A DNA stretch of 64,000 bases from Sporopachydermia quercuum. Taxonomy: Eukaryota. The DNA lies in assembly GCA_001599295.1 (NCBI GenBank), contig BCGN01000009.1, positions 850,413 through 914,412 of the forward strand, written 5' to 3'. Under the pieces are notes generated by a model that saw only the letters and a program-made list of their open reading frames with translations, was not told the DNA's origin and made no database searches. Shown in pieces: positions 13,988 to 27,300 of this stretch. The position numbers and the translations under genes are program-made. How positions within the stretch are numbered: the stretch's first letter is position 1; each line of letters opens with the position of its first letter.

Positions 13988-15081
13988 ATACATTGAATAC
14001 TTAATATAAATTATGTTCAAATTCTATCTTTAATATCAAATTGTTTTCAAGAACTGCAGTATTGATTTCGGAAGTCGGTTTCCTCATTGTATGCTGATTT
14101 ATATGTTGCGTTTCGTTTGCACCCTATATGAATAGCACTTCATTTCTGTTCTGCATCTGAACAACTAGAATAACCTCCCAATATGCACTTCGAATCTCTA
14201 TATTTCTGAACATTTCCTATCGTGCCATATCATTCGACTCTTGCAGTATTAATCACCAATATCACTCCATTCCCAGTAAGCACCATAGATTCTTCTACGA
14301 ATCCAGTCTATACATTTTACTCATTCCCTCATTCCATTATTTTCACTTATTTACTCATACCACTATCCACATATTGCACCCAAAACAGGCAACACTATCG
14401 TTATGCATCGAACCCTCCAAATCCAGTAATCCACTTCCTCTTCCAGCGATATCCACTTCAACTCCAAGCTCCGTTTAATCATTACATCATCAGTAAAAAC
14501 ACTCACTGTTAACAGCGAATTTACTATCACATAATCATTTACCATTATCCATCTCCTTCAGTCAATCCACAGCCAACTGGTAAACATTCAANCACTCTCA
14601 CTCAGCTTCTATTCCTTCTTCACATCAATGAATCCTACATATTTTATCATCTCTTTAACTATTCTGCAAACTTTTCATGGTTTGGGTGCTTAAAGAGACT
14701 CTTTTGCAGCTGGATAGAATACTTGTAGTGCTGTAAATGGTTTGATTATTCAGTCCACAACGATACAATCATCTCACTAATTTACCATCGTACACCATAA
14801 CCAAACGACAGTTCTACGAGAGCTCTGTCAGGTTTATTCCTTTTGAGCATATAATCAGTCTGCATTAACATTATATTAAAGTACTTAAAAGCACGAAAAA
14901 TAGGAGTTTTTGGTGCTGAATTGACCGACCAGTGACAGATTTCAAGCTCAAGTCTCCAGCTCAAATATCCTAACTGCACTTCTTGTCCTGATCTGCCTAT
15001 CAACCGCCGCTATCTACGCTTACCAATAACCTGCTACCAATATCTATCACATGGTCTAATTCACATTCAAAATTACTACGA

Positions 15082-18000
15082 ATGCCCGATAGCCCAAATT
15101 TGAATACCCCATCTTCAGCAGCAGCTGGGAAACCTCCATTGCATCATTCTCACCACCACCAGATCTCATTGTCTTCACTATCTTCTCGTTCTAGCATCGA
15201 CACTGCCACCTCAGCAATAAGACTTCATAATATGTCCCCTACAGGGGCCCTATTATCCGATACCGAAGACAACAACATCAACATCGATACAGAGGACGAT
15301 ATTGACTCCTTTCGTATTGATAATTCCGAAGAAAACCTTGGCTTGCTGTCAAATAGTTTCAACCAGCCTTTCTTCCATTCATCAGGTGTTGAAAGAAAAC
15401 CCTCAAGAACCAGTTCCAGACATTCAAGCACAACTGGAGAAAATCCCTTTCTAGATGCTTCCTTATTAACATCGCCAACTAATTTCAATCCAGATAGCAC
15501 AACCCTTAACTCTGGTAACCTCACTACACCTCTTGTCAGCAAAATGGTTCCCATATTTAACTGGTTCACCAATAAACAGCGCCATAAGCCTATAAGACTG
15601 CCGGACTCTGAAGCAGATGACCATACCGATAGAATTGTTATGCCTGGGGTTGAAACCTCGGTGAAGTACTCATCTAATGCTATTTCCAATGCGAAGTACT
15701 CTCCAGTGTCTTTTATTCCAATTATTCTGTATCAACAGTTCAAATTCTTCTTCAATCTCTATTTTCTCCTGGTGGCTCTGTCTCAAATAATACCTGCTTT
15801 GCGAATCGGTTATCTTTCTTCTTATGTTGTGCCCTTGGCTTTTGTCTTAACTGTTACAATGGGAAAAGAAGCCGTCGATGATATCCAACGAAGAAGACGT
15901 GATGCGGAAGCAAATAACGAACTATACGAGGTTCTGGGGAAAAGCAAGCCTATTCCTTCCAAAGACCTGAAAGTTGGCGATCTGGTGAGAATTCATAAAG
16001 ACCATAGAATCCCTGGGGACATGATTTTACTCTGGTCCTCTGAACCCAATGGTGAAACTTTCATACGTACCGATCAGCTCGATGGTGAAACCGACTGGAA
16101 ACTGCGAATTGCTCCCAGTTTGACTCAGTCCTTGTCTACCGATTATCTGTTTGACATAGAAATCAAAGGCTCTGCTCCCGATAAACATATCCATAGCTTT
16201 ATAGGTACTCTCTCTTATAACAGTCAATCGGTTGGCTTAAGCATTGATAATACGCTATGGGCTAACACTGTATTAGCATCAGGTTCTGCTATTGGTTGCG
16301 TTATATATACAGGATCCGATACCAGGCAAGCCATGAACACATCAAAAGCAGGCACCAAAGTAGGTTTGCTAGAATTAGAAGTAAACAACATCTCCAAGAT
16401 TCTGTGTGCTTGCGTGTTTATTCTCAGTATTCTCCTTGTTGTTTTCCATGGCTTGAAATCTGATTGGTACGTTGATATCATGCGGTTTCTTATTCTCTTT
16501 TCTACGATTATCCCTGTCAGCTTAAGAGTCAATCTTGATTTAGGAAAATCGGTCTATGCCTATCAAATAGAACATGATGGCAATATCCCAGACACTATAG
16601 TAAGAACNAGTACCATTCCTGAAGATCTCGGCCGCATAGAGTACCTATTGACAGACAAAACAGGTACCTTGACCCAGAACGATATGGAAATGAAGAAATT
16701 GCACTTAGGTACCGTGAGTTATGGATTGGACTCAATGGATATCATTGTCGATGCAGTTAAAGCTGATATTACTACCACCGGAGCAAGATCTAGAAGAGAG
16801 ATCTCCGGCAGAATAAGAGATATGGTACAAGCTCTATCTCTATGTCATAATGTTACACCTTCTCTTGACGATGGAATAATGACGTATCAAGCTTCTTCTC
16901 CTGATGAGGTAGCTATTGTCCAATGGACTTCTGCTATGGGTCTTTCTTTAATCAGACGGGACCGGCATAGTATTACTATCCAACATGAGGCTTCTAAAAC
17001 TGTGATTGAATATAAAGTGCTTGAAGTATTCCCTTTCACCTCTGAAACTAAACGGATGGGCATAATTGTTGAAGATCCAGTTAAAAATGAGATCTGGTTC
17101 TTTGAAAAAGGTGCTGACACCGTGATGAACAGCATTGTTCAGCATAACGACTGGTTGGAAGAAGAAACAAGCAATATGGCCAGAGAAGGATTGAGAACTC
17201 TGGTGGTAGCTAGAAAGAAATTGAGCCCGAGTGCCTATAACACTTTTCATGAAGCTTACTATCAAGCTTCTTTGTCTATGAATAGAAGAGAAGAATCCAT
17301 GGCAAATGTAGTGGAATCGTACTTGGAGAACAATCTAGAACTGTTAGGTCTTACTGGTGTTGAAGACAAACTGCAGGTTGACGTAAAACCATCATTGGAA
17401 CTACTAAGAAACGCTGGGGTGAAAATTTGGATGCTTACTGGTGATAAAGTAGAAACCGCTAGATGTATTGCTGTCAGTAGTAAGCTTGTTGCCAGAGGAC
17501 AGTATGTTCATACTGTCACGAAGGTGACCCGTAAGGAAACAGCTATTGATGAGATTGAGCATCTAAGGAACAGATCTGATGCCTGTTTGCTGATTGATGG
17601 AGAATCCCTAGCGCTTTTCCTGACGTATTTCAGAGAGGAATTTATTGATATTGCTGTTAGACTACCAGCAGTGATTGCTTGTCGATGTTCGCCACAGCAG
17701 AAAGCTGACGTTGCATTGTTGATACGAGCAGCTACTAATAAAAGAGTGTGCTGTATTGGCGATGGTGGCAACGATGTGAGCATGATCCAAGCTGCCGATG
17801 TTGGTGTTGGTATTGTTGGAAAAGAGGGGAAACAGGCTTCGTTGGCTGCTGACTTCTCCATCACCCAGTTTTGCCATTTGACTACTCTGTTACTATGGCA
17901 TGGCCGCAATTCATATAAACGGTCAGCAAAGCTTGCCCAGTTTATTATCCATCGGGGGTTACTTATTTCTGTCTGCCAAGCGTTGTATTCTATCTGCTCG

Positions 18001-18564
18001 TCTTTTGAGCCCTTGGCTTTATATCAAGGCTGGTTGATGGTTGGGTATGCTACTGTTTATACTATGGCTCCTGTATTTTCATTGGTGCTTGATGAAGATG
18101 TGCCTGAGAATCTAGTGCTAATGTACCCGGAGCTGTATAAAGAGCTAACAGAAGGACGATCTCTTAGTTATAGAAGCTTTTTTGTATGGGTATTGGTCTC
18201 ATTGTACCAGGGAACTGTTATTCAAGGACTATCTCAGGTGTTCACATCATTAGAACCTGAGTTATTTACCAAAATGGTAGCTATTAGTTTCACAGCATTA
18301 ATTGTCAATGAGCTGATAATGGTAGCTCTGGAGATTCATACGTGGAATAGAACAATGTTTTTATCGGAACTCATAACTTTGTTGATATTCCTAGTTTCGG
18401 TGCCATTTCTGGGAGATTACTTTGATTTGAACTATACTCTAACCGTTGGGTTCTTCTGGCAGTTACTAGTCATATTAGTTGCTTCTTTATTGCCTGTGTT
18501 TTTAGCCAAGACGATCAACAGGAGGCTGAATCCACCTAATTATGCAAAAGTGCAGCAAGCATAG
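15082..18564 (+). CDS. NEO1: P4-ATPase phospholipid flippase (Neo1/ATP9 clade)
   Basis: DGETDWK, DKTGTLT, TGDK and GDGGND motifs; IPVSLRVNLD; C-terminal PPNYAKVQQ typical of Neo1. Confidence 0.95.
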   Translation: MPDSPNLNTPSSAAAGKPPLHHSHHHQISLSSLSSRSSIDTATSAIRLHNMSPTGALLSDTEDNNINIDTEDDIDSFRIDNSEENLGLLSNSFNQPFFHSSGVERKPSRTSSRHSSTTGENPFLDASLLTSPTNFNPDSTTLNSGNLTTPLVSKMVPIFNWFTNKQRHKPIRLPDSEADDHTDRIVMPGVETSVKYSSNAISNAKYSPVSFIPIILYQQFKFFFNLYFLLVALSQIIPALRIGYLSSYVVPLAFVLTVTMGKEAVDDIQRRRRDAEANNELYEVLGKSKPIPSKDLKVGDLVRIHKDHRIPGDMILLWSSEPNGETFIRTDQLDGETDWKLRIAPSLTQSLSTDYLFDIEIKGSAPDKHIHSFIGTLSYNSQSVGLSIDNTLWANTVLASGSAIGCVIYTGSDTRQAMNTSKAGTKVGLLELEVNNISKILCACVFILSILLVVFHGLKSDWYVDIMRFLILFSTIIPVSLRVNLDLGKSVYAYQIEHDGNIPDTIVRXSTIPEDLGRIEYLLTDKTGTLTQNDMEMKKLHLGTVSYGLDSMDIIVDAVKADITTTGARSRREISGRIRDMVQALSLCHNVTPSLDDGIMTYQASSPDEVAIVQWTSAMGLSLIRRDRHSITIQHEASKTVIEYKVLEVFPFTSETKRMGIIVEDPVKNEIWFFEKGADTVMNSIVQHNDWLEEETSNMAREGLRTLVVARKKLSPSAYNTFHEAYYQASLSMNRREESMANVVESYLENNLELLGLTGVEDKLQVDVKPSLELLRNAGVKIWMLTGDKVETARCIAVSSKLVARGQYVHTVTKVTRKETAIDEIEHLRNRSDACLLIDGESLALFLTYFREEFIDIAVRLPAVIACRCSPQQKADVALLIRAATNKRVCCIGDGGNDVSMIQAADVGVGIVGKEGKQASLAADFSITQFCHLTTLLLWHGRNSYKRSAKLAQFIIHRGLLISVCQALYSICSSFEPLALYQGWLMVGYATVYTMAPVFSLVLDEDVPENLVLMYPELYKELTEGRSLSYRSFFVWVLVSLYQGTVIQGLSQVFTSLEPELFTKMVAISFTALIVNELIMVALEIHTWNRTMFLSELITLLIFLVSVPFLGDYFDLNYTLTVGFFWQLLVILVASLLPVFLAKTINRRLNPPNYAKVQQA

Positions 18565-19542
18565 ACTGAGAAGGATGGAGAAGAGGTTTCTGAAAGGAAA
18601 GAAGTTTGTGGTAGGGAAAGAGGTTTCTGACAAGGACACAGAGTTCCATATGTAGATTCAAAGTATAAAGGTGAAAATAATGTATTGGTTGATAGCAGTA
18701 TTAACATTATTATTAGTATTATATGTTGATGTTGATGTTGATATGTCTGTTATATCTAATAACTGTACGTCATTCCAGTGTGATATTTATGGCAATAGTA
18801 CAATGATTCATGTAATGGTATGGTGTTAGAATATTATTAGAATAGTACTAGAATAGGGATAGAAATTGATAAAATCTGTAAATTACACCAGGAGCTAGCT
18901 TAAAAATAACTAAAATTAACGCAAGTAATAAAGCAGTAGAATCTATTTACCTAGTATATAGATATTTGGATGATTTGTGATGGTTATTCAGTACTATTCA
19001 CAGGTACTACAGATATTCATAGCAGAGGAGCCAAGCATGAGCTACGGGTATTTGAAAGGATATTCCTTGACTTCCATTATTGTCTACTAGCTTTCCAATT
19101 ATTCATACTACTGCTTCCTAATAACTATAGTTATTTAATCGAAAATTCTAAGTTTGGAATCGTTAATTTGACGGAAAAATGAAGGTAAAAGTAGCTATTT
19201 TGGTGGAGAATGAACAGAAATATGGTAGGCGGCTAAGAGCTTTTAGAAGTATCATTGTATAGCCTGTCAGAAGTTTGTATTGAGCTCTTTAATAAATACC
19301 TAGCATCCATTTCATGTTTAACTAAAAGAACCAAAAGAACCAAAAGAATCTAATAGAGAATTTAGTTCCTTATATTCCCACTATATTCCCTTCACGCTTG
19401 TATTGAAACCAGTATGTAGAGTCGTGGTACTTTTATGATCCTTTTCCACACACATTTCATACATTCGATGTTATCAGCTTACCGCAGGAGAATCATGTAT
19501 CTTATGCATTTGATGCATATCTGGCTCAAAATGTTCAACGAA

Positions 19543-19614
19543 GCCGTTGTAGTATAGTGGTTAGTACACTTCGTTGTGGCCGAAGAAACCTCAGTTCGAT
19601 TCTGGGCAACGGCA
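19543..19614 (+). tRNA. tRNA-His (GUG), intronless
   Basis: Acceptor GCCGTTG/CAACGGC, D arm, anticodon arm CTTCG-TTGTGGC-CGAAG, T arm CTCAG-TTCGATT-CTGGG; oligo-T terminator at about 19620. Confidence 0.97.
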
Positions 19615-19798
19615 ATTACTTTTTTTATTTTATTTCATTTTTTATATTAGTGAATGGTTCGTATAAATTGTAATTTTATATAAGTAATAGTTATCATACT
19701 TCTTTTACTCCTATTGTGGATTTACTGATCAAGTGTCTCAGCCATATAAATACGTGATTGCCATTAAGTATACACCTACCATTATTTTCCTTAAACTA

Positions 19799-21695
19799 TC
19801 AACGAAATGCATAGCTTCCAAATGAGTGTCTTCCAAACCGATCAATTCTCCATCTAGTTATACCCCTGTCAGTGCCAACTATTAGATTACCACCTTCATA
19901 GGGACTCCAGCAAAGCCCAGAAATCTCAACGTCACTTTGCATATACAACTCTCTCTTATTGAGTATTGAGGAATTAGGTGAATCGTGAGAGTAAGAACGA
20001 CGATGCGTATGTAAAGATCTACGTGGTGAATTAGCTTGTTGTAGATCTGACAAAGCAGCTTCTCCACTACTGTATCTTCTTGATACGTGATGATCAAGTG
20101 GTCTCAGTGATGCGCTGTTAGAACTAGAGTTTCTGTAGGCATTAATAGAAAAATCAACTCCTAAAATTGTTCTATTGTGGGATAACCCCGTTCCAATCAT
20201 ATTACGAGCAGTGGAAGTTGTAACTGCTGCGGGTGCAATGAATGCTCTATTGTTTGTCCTCGTATTTGGAAACTGTAGGTCTGTCCGGCTTTGAGAGCTA
20301 TCATTAGAATCATTACGACTTCTAGATCCAGATTCATGTCTACTCACGTGGGAGCTCATCCGATAGTTTCTATTCACTGCTGGTTTCGAGTAGTACTCAA
20401 GAGCATCTTCAAAAGACCGAACAATAGGTTCAGAACCTGATTTCTCAGCTTTTCTAGTATCATAGTTTCTGGTATCGGGGTCAACGATCATGGTGTCCAA
20501 GTTATCGTCAAAACGCACGGTGTTTTGGCTTCGCTCCGGGTTAGGAACGGTCGCTTGAATACCGTTAAGTGCACTCATATCATCGAAACTATCAGGCTCA
20601 TCATAAAAACAGTTAGATTTGCCATAATCTATAGGGAACAACACGACTTGATGCTTATTGAAGTCGCTACAGTCCAATATATGAATACGCCCAACTTGTT
20701 CTGAGAGTAAAAGAAAATTATCAGGTCCGTCGACAAATTTACAACAACGGAAAGCTCCTCGTTGGTTGTCATATCTGGTAGATTTTATTTCCTGAAGGGG
20801 TGATGATAACTTTCTTACATCATATATTAGGGCAACTCCATCTTGGAAAGCTGTTGCAAAGAGGATTCCTGAAGGATGGAAAGCTGTAGAGAACCCAGAA
20901 TCTGACTTTGTTGATATAATCTTGTCAGGAGTTCTTGTGTTGTTTGTATTCTGGTATTTGATGAATATATCTGAAGAGTCACCACAAGCAATTATCATCT
21001 TCTGGTCAGGGCTAATTGAGGCATGATTTAAAGCACAAGGCATCAGTATTTCATTGGTTTTATTGATTGAGCTGGGAGATATATTCACTGTGTATAAAGA
21101 GCAGTCATTATTGCACACTATAGCATTAAGAGAATTATTGCCTTTGGAATATAGAGCTATTGAGTTGTTGATGTAAGCGCCTATTCTTGTTGTGATAATC
21201 TCTTGACTTTCACGATTACACACACCAAACAATCCTCTTGAAGAAGAACCTGGTGCACCGGCATCTAGAACTCCCCCTGCCGCTATTATTCCATTATGCT
21301 CTTTGATACATCTTGGAGCAAAATTGAATTCGCACACTAATTCTGGTTTCGCTTCTTTCAAGTCCACTCCATGTATGATATTCTCGCTTGGATAAAGAAT
21401 TTCATTGAGATTTGTAGTAGAAATATGAACTAAGTCTCTCAATTGCCAATGTCTATTTTCACGAATGGTTAGCCATATTATTTGTATAACAATCATTGAT
21501 CATTGTAATTTAATGTCTCATTCAGCAATACTTACTTTACTGTTACCTTGCCAGGATACAATTGTGACTTAGGTAACAGAAATGAACCTCTACAATAGTC
21601 ATTTCTAGTCGATGGTCTAAATTCGTTGTTAGTAACAAATTAAAATCTATTTTCTTCTAAAAAATTTCCCGTACTTACAAATAATCAATCGTCAT
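19799..21695 (-). CDS. DUF2415 / WD40-like protein (YGR117C-like), 3 exons: 21695-21679, 21616-21536, 21452-19799
   Basis: Spliced N-terminus MTIDYL/PSTRNDYCRGSFLLPKSQLYPGKVTVK/HWQLRDL; both donors GTAAGT; branches TACTAAC and GGCTAAC; motifs DSGFSTAF, AFQDG, GAFRCCKF, SEQVGRIH. Confidence 0.8.
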
Positions 21696-22690
21696 TCTTC
21701 CTTCTGATCAGACAATCTATCAATCGTCTGCCAATGTACTTCGAAGTGTGGGGCACTTCCTTATCTCTACTTTTAACGATGATAACAGATCAATTCTTAC
21801 TTTCAGATACAAACAATGAATGTTCATAAATATCTTTATCAGAACTTCTTACCCATCCAATCAGTTTGTTCAAGCTTCAGGATATCATACTATATCTTTA
21901 ACAGTATCTTAAACTTCCTGTCTTTGTTCTATCATTATCGTTTTATCAGTCATACAAGCTGAGTTTAAATGAAGGCAAGAGAAAATTACCCCATCATTAG
22001 CTGATCGATTACAATTCTGCAGGCATATGCGCAGTACATGCATTACTAACTTAAATAATACAATGCGCATATAGTCATTACATCATTTCATCATTTAATC
22101 TTATGATGAATGAGGATGTTGGCTGAAGGAGGATAGTTAACGTAGAATAAAGAAATGGCGGAAAATAATCGCAGGTAAAGTAATAACCTGCTAATAGTTT
22201 CAGTGGTGGTAGCAGTCATGAAGTGTAGGAGCTTCTGGCTTGAATGTACAGTACAGGTGCAGCAGAGAAAGTAATATGTTTGTTGTCAAGTTTACAAAGG
22301 TTCCCTAGACCCGAATGATTTAGATGATTTGGGTCATCGGTTCTGGCTAGCTCATGTCAGATTTATGTCATGATTAATTTCTACGTGAATGAATAATGAA
22401 TGGAATGAAAGCAAATCAAGCCGAATTGTGAATTATTTTCTTATTTCTATTTTCGTTTCTTTCATGCCAGTATCATGCGTTTATTGATTATAGATACATT
22501 GCCATCGTTCGACTAGAAATGGTGTAATGGCTAATGGGTTACCAATGATCGATAAAATGGTTTAGAACCTGTGATTCAAAAGAGAGGTAGATGTATGATT
22601 CGTCGGCTTATTATTCAATGTCAATCATTTTTATGCAGCTGAAGAATGAATGAATAACCAGTAGTCATCTTAGAAAACGCGAATGTGTTA

Positions 22691-23887
22691 CTAGTAAGCA
22701 TTTTCAGTTGGAATAGGACTTCTGAACTGATTCTCATCAGAAATAAAGAAAGAAGCGTCTTCATAATTCCTATGTGCAATGAGGTCTGGAATTAATGATC
22801 TACCAGTTACAACTTCATCATAAATCATGTACTTCAAGTCGGCAGTACTAAGTCTCGTTTTATGAAGATCAAAGTCAAAAAAACCAGGGGGTAAAGGATC
22901 AGCATCAGGCTCATCAGAAGGATCATGATAAGCTGCAAGGTAAGGGTGTTGTAAAGCTTCCAAAACAGTAATACGTTTCTGAGGATTGAAAGTTAATAAT
23001 TTCTCCAAAAGATCTANTGCTAAAGGGTTAGCATTTGGAAGGAGATCTTCCCATCTCCTCTTAGGCATTCTCGGGAGAGTTTCAACATAAGTTCTTGCTC
23101 TCCTAGATTTGATGGATAATACATCGCTCGGAGTGGGATTTCCAAGAACTGAAAAGATCAACATCAATTGATCTCTGTAGTCTCGTCCTGGAAAGAGAGC
23201 TTTTTGACTCAGTAGTTCATACAGAATGCATCCTACGCTCCATAAATCAATTGCTCTTGAGTATTGTGAAGATGTCAACATAACCTCAGGTGCCCGATAC
23301 CATCTAGTAGCAACATATTCAGTCATTAACCCTTGAGACTCATCAGCTCCTAGTTTTCTATAAGCAGAAGGAATATCACATCTTGCCAGTCCAAAATCGC
23401 AGATCTTGATATCACAATTAGAATTGACTAAAACATTTGACGGCTTCAAATCACGATGGATTATATTCACAGAATGCATTGCTTTCAATGCACGCATAAT
23501 TTGGTAGATGAAGTATTGAACATGATCGCATGACAGCTGGTGATGACTTGACTGGATTATCTCATGCAAGTTTTTATGCATTAATTCTTGAATCAAGTAT
23601 ACTTCATTGAATTCATCAAAACTTGCAGGCTTTTGAACATCCAATAATGTGATGATGTTGCTGTGATTGAAATGCCTCATTAGCTTTATTTCTCGTAAAG
23701 TTCTTAGAGCCACCAATGTTCTATCAAAAGGAACAATTTTCTTGATTGCTACCTTGCACTTACTGGGTAAATGAGTAGCACAGGCAACAATTCCATAAGC
23801 ACCTTCTCCTAATACTGACTCTACTCGGTAATGGGAGGAGATGTTGAAAACGATCTTTCGTGGTGCTTTTTCTCTGCCCATTGTCAT
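22691..23887 (-). CDS. FUS3: Fus3/Kss1-family MAP kinase (TEY)
   Basis: [37 protein letters not shown]-terminal [13 protein letters not shown] cluster upstream. FUS3 versus KSS1/CEK1 assignment is inferred. Confidence 0.8.
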   Translation of the reverse strand: MTMGREKAPRKIVFNISSHYRVESVLGEGAYGIVACATHLPSKCKVAIKKIVPFDRTLVALRTLREIKLMRHFNHSNIITLLDVQKPASFDEFNEVYLIQELMHKNLHEIIQSSHHQLSCDHVQYFIYQIMRALKAMHSVNIIHRDLKPSNVLVNSNCDIKICDFGLARCDIPSAYRKLGADESQGLMTEYVATRWYRAPEVMLTSSQYSRAIDLWSVGCILYELLSQKALFPGRDYRDQLMLIFSVLGNPTPSDVLSIKSRRARTYVETLPRMPKRRWEDLLPNANPLAXDLLEKLLTFNPQKRITVLEALQHPYLAAYHDPSDEPDADPLPPGFFDFDLHKTRLSTADLKYMIYDEVVTGRSLIPDLIAHRNYEDASFFISDENQFRSPIPTENAY

Positions 23888-24220
23888 CGATTTTGGCTCA
23901 GTCTGATATGTAAATGTTATATGGAATTATCTTCAATCTATTTTTGCTGAAATAGCTAATACATCAAAAGTATTCAAAAGCTTGCAAATGTCTTAACCAT
24001 AAGCATTAGTCAATCTTCAGCGTTCATATTGACTTGTAGAGTTACGAAATGAATACCTATCATACGTTCTTTCTCTTCTTTTTCTTTTTAATACAAAATT
24101 TCATATTTATATAAAAAAAAAGTATACACGAAATATATCAATTGAGTTGTTGATCCTTATTCTATCGAACAATTTGATTGTCTCGGCCTATTCATAGTAT
24201 AACTATGAAGATAAAGCATG

Positions 24221-24333
24221 TGAAACACATGTAGTTACTATGTCTGTTTCAAAGTAAGCGGTGAGATGTTTCAGACACATTAGGAAAACCAAAGTGTTGT
24301 TTCGTGATAGATATTCTGAAACTGATAGTTTCA
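24221..24333. promoter_or_regulatory. Cluster of pheromone response elements (Ste12 sites)
   Basis: TGAAACA 24221, TGTTTCA 24245 and 24267; near matches TGTTTCG 24298, TGAAACT 24317, AGTTTCA 24327. Confidence 0.7.
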
Positions 24334-27300
24334 CAGCTTGACTCTGTTTTGAAATTATATCAATACGAAGAGAAAAGAAATGTAGTAGTAACAATTATTT
24401 TTTGTATGGAACATGTGGTATAACAATATTGTCGTTTGTTAGTGTGATCGTCAAAAAGGTACTGGTTAATCTTAGAGTTTTCTACTTGCATATGCTCAAT
24501 TGCCCGTAATTCTGACAGAAAGAGGACGAATTGCCCTTCTTTAACTCAATATTAAATACTTTTTTCCTTGTTTCGATAGAAAAAAAAGGGTTGCCAGCAG
24601 GATGAGTAGTAAGTTTCATGGCATTTATTTCGACCTATGTTATCACAGTGTATTAATCAGTCTGACATGGCTCTATATTCAAACAAGAATCGGATTGCTA
24701 AACTTTCATACTGAGTATGCGTGAGGACGCATAGAAGAGTATATATTTAGAGAAGTGGTTTAACATAAATTGCATCCGAAAACTAAAACTAAAGCTGCAG
24801 CGTATTTTCGTATTTTCAGTATGTCGTTTGGGTTTCACGTTCTACATAAGTTCCATGTGAGCTCATTAAGGAATTGTAGCATATCGAATGATGATTGATT
24901 TTGAAATATGAAATAACATCCACAACGTTATACTGAGTGGCTTTTAAACAGGAAGACATAACTCTAACCTAAAACAAGATCATTACAACAAAGGAAATAG
25001 TGTGCTTTACATGCTGATAATAGGCACATTACTAACTGTTCAGCAAAAGAAAGTATACTCCAATGCTCCGTATTTATAATAAGCCTGAGCCATCTTTCAC
25101 CAACTATAGGAAAGAAGAGTATTTATAACATCAAATTGATTCGTTTCAACTCTGCTCCATACCTTTAAGATTCCTTATCAAAGTTTGGACCCTCGATAAA
25201 GTTGACGCAGCGCTCAATTTCCTTGCATTATTCATACCTCGGGAACTGAGAAAATCAACAAGAGAAAATGGTATCTCTTTCCTCAAATTTTTCTATGAAA
25301 AACATAATAGCAGTCATAATGAGTTCTCAAAGTTCTCTGTCTTCGCTTTCAAATTCAGTATTTTCGCCTCTTGATTCCGGGTAACTTTAGTTCGGGGGAA
25401 ATGGAACTTACCGCTCTTGATATTTTTTACTTTGGTCTACCAGGTTTGGCTTGGATTTATTAGTCCGAGAAAGCCATAGCCAGTTGAAAATTAATCCGGG
25501 AGCTAACGTTTTTCCTATACCAGCTGTTTTGTTGTATTTACTGTGTGATAGATGTGTCTCAAATCAGAACCAACTAATGAAACGAGAATTGGGATGAATA
25601 TATTGCAACACCTGTAGTAGAGTTTGATTTGATATTGACAAACTGAGTTTATCAATGTTACCGAATCAATACGGTAATAGCCGTTCCATACATGAACTCT
25701 AAACCATTCAAAGGGCTGGTTGATCCTGCAATATAGCCAGAAGAATCCAAAATGGAGAGAAGTTGCAGTTGAGAATACGAATTTGAGCAGAAACCGGATT
25801 TATTTGATTTCAATGAAACCAGTAGTTATTTTGTTCAATTTCTATTTGGAGGCTTGGAGTGCTCAACAGCATTTCATTACAAAATGCTGTTATTAACCCT
25901 ACTCCTACTCTTTCGATCCCAATCGGGAATTTGCCTATTTATCGGGTAGGCTTTGAAGCTACATGAGCATCAAAATAACCATGAGTATTACTAAATGTTA
26001 CTTACGTTTCAACGAATAATTTCTACCTCGTACACCTACTGATCAAAAATTATTTTCACTTCTAGTTCTAAGGCACCTTACTCATCATCGGACGTCCTAG
26101 AATTGTCGGACAATGGGCATGAAGAACTGAGACCCTAATTGTCCCGAATGTTATGCAACCTAGATCGATAGTCCGGAAACTTAAAATTAGCTTTATAACC
26201 TAATTTTAATTTATATTTTGTAATGTGAGTTTTCCAATAAGTTTTTTCAGCCGTTTTATTGGTTTCCCTAATATGTGGTTCTTAATAATTTGAATAGTTT
26301 GAGTGAGTCTATTAGGTAGCTATCTATTATTGAAGGAGAAACATACAGAAGTTGTTCTCTAATGTCCATAATTCAGCTTAATGAGTTTTAATGCTGTGAA
26401 AACAAGGAAATTTACAAGGGGTCAATTATTGCTTCCTTCATTTACATAATTTCAATATGATAGTTGAAGTATACTTTTTGATTTACTCTCAAATAGAACC
26501 TGAAAATATACAAATGGGATATCTTTTTACTTAATCCATTCTTACAATGCTACTATTATTACATTACAATTATTCGGTTCAAATTGAGGCAAGGTGACTA
26601 GTCTAGTCGAGGTAGTGTAATTCCGGTCAAATTATTATGCTAACATGGATAATTACCAAACAAAGCATTCTGCTTCCAGTCTAACCAAGAAAGTAATATG
26701 AATGAAGAATGTCGGTATTAGGTAATTTAGGATTTAACTGGCTTCAAAATACTATTGACCAAACGGTTGAATGTAATACCTGAGAGTACTAGTTGAATCC
26801 AATTTATTTGAAACTTTTGGATGAAATTTACATTGCCGAATTTGGTAATTGATGTTGATAAGGAAATAAGGTTTTAAAGTTATCGGTAAAAAACCTTATT
26901 CTTTTAACTCACCAAGGGAATTGAACAGTTCTCCTATTAAATAGTGACACAATAAGTGTCTCTTAATATAGTCAAATTGTTGGTAAAAATTACAATTACC
27001 TTTTGTATTATAAAAGAAGTACGGGAATTGTCTTGACATATATCGTATGTTAAAGGTTAAGTAATGTGTAGCTTATTTGAAGTGTTAGAATATTACTTTG
27101 CCATTGTATTGATTGGCCATTTGTCCTCAAATAAGGTTGTAAAGTGAAAATAAAAAACTTACTAAAATAAAGTTTAACCGGACACTGGGATTGCTCTTTG
27201 TTACTATTGTTTGTCGTAATTGTTGAACTGTGAATGGTCTGCTATTGGAGTATTGAACCATTTATGAGATTTCTTCCTATTGACCACTGAGGAAAGACTC

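Noticed and set aside
22025..22072. ATATGCGCA/TGCGCATAT inverted pair
   Set aside because: Only 9 bp and largely due to a self-palindromic core; no further support
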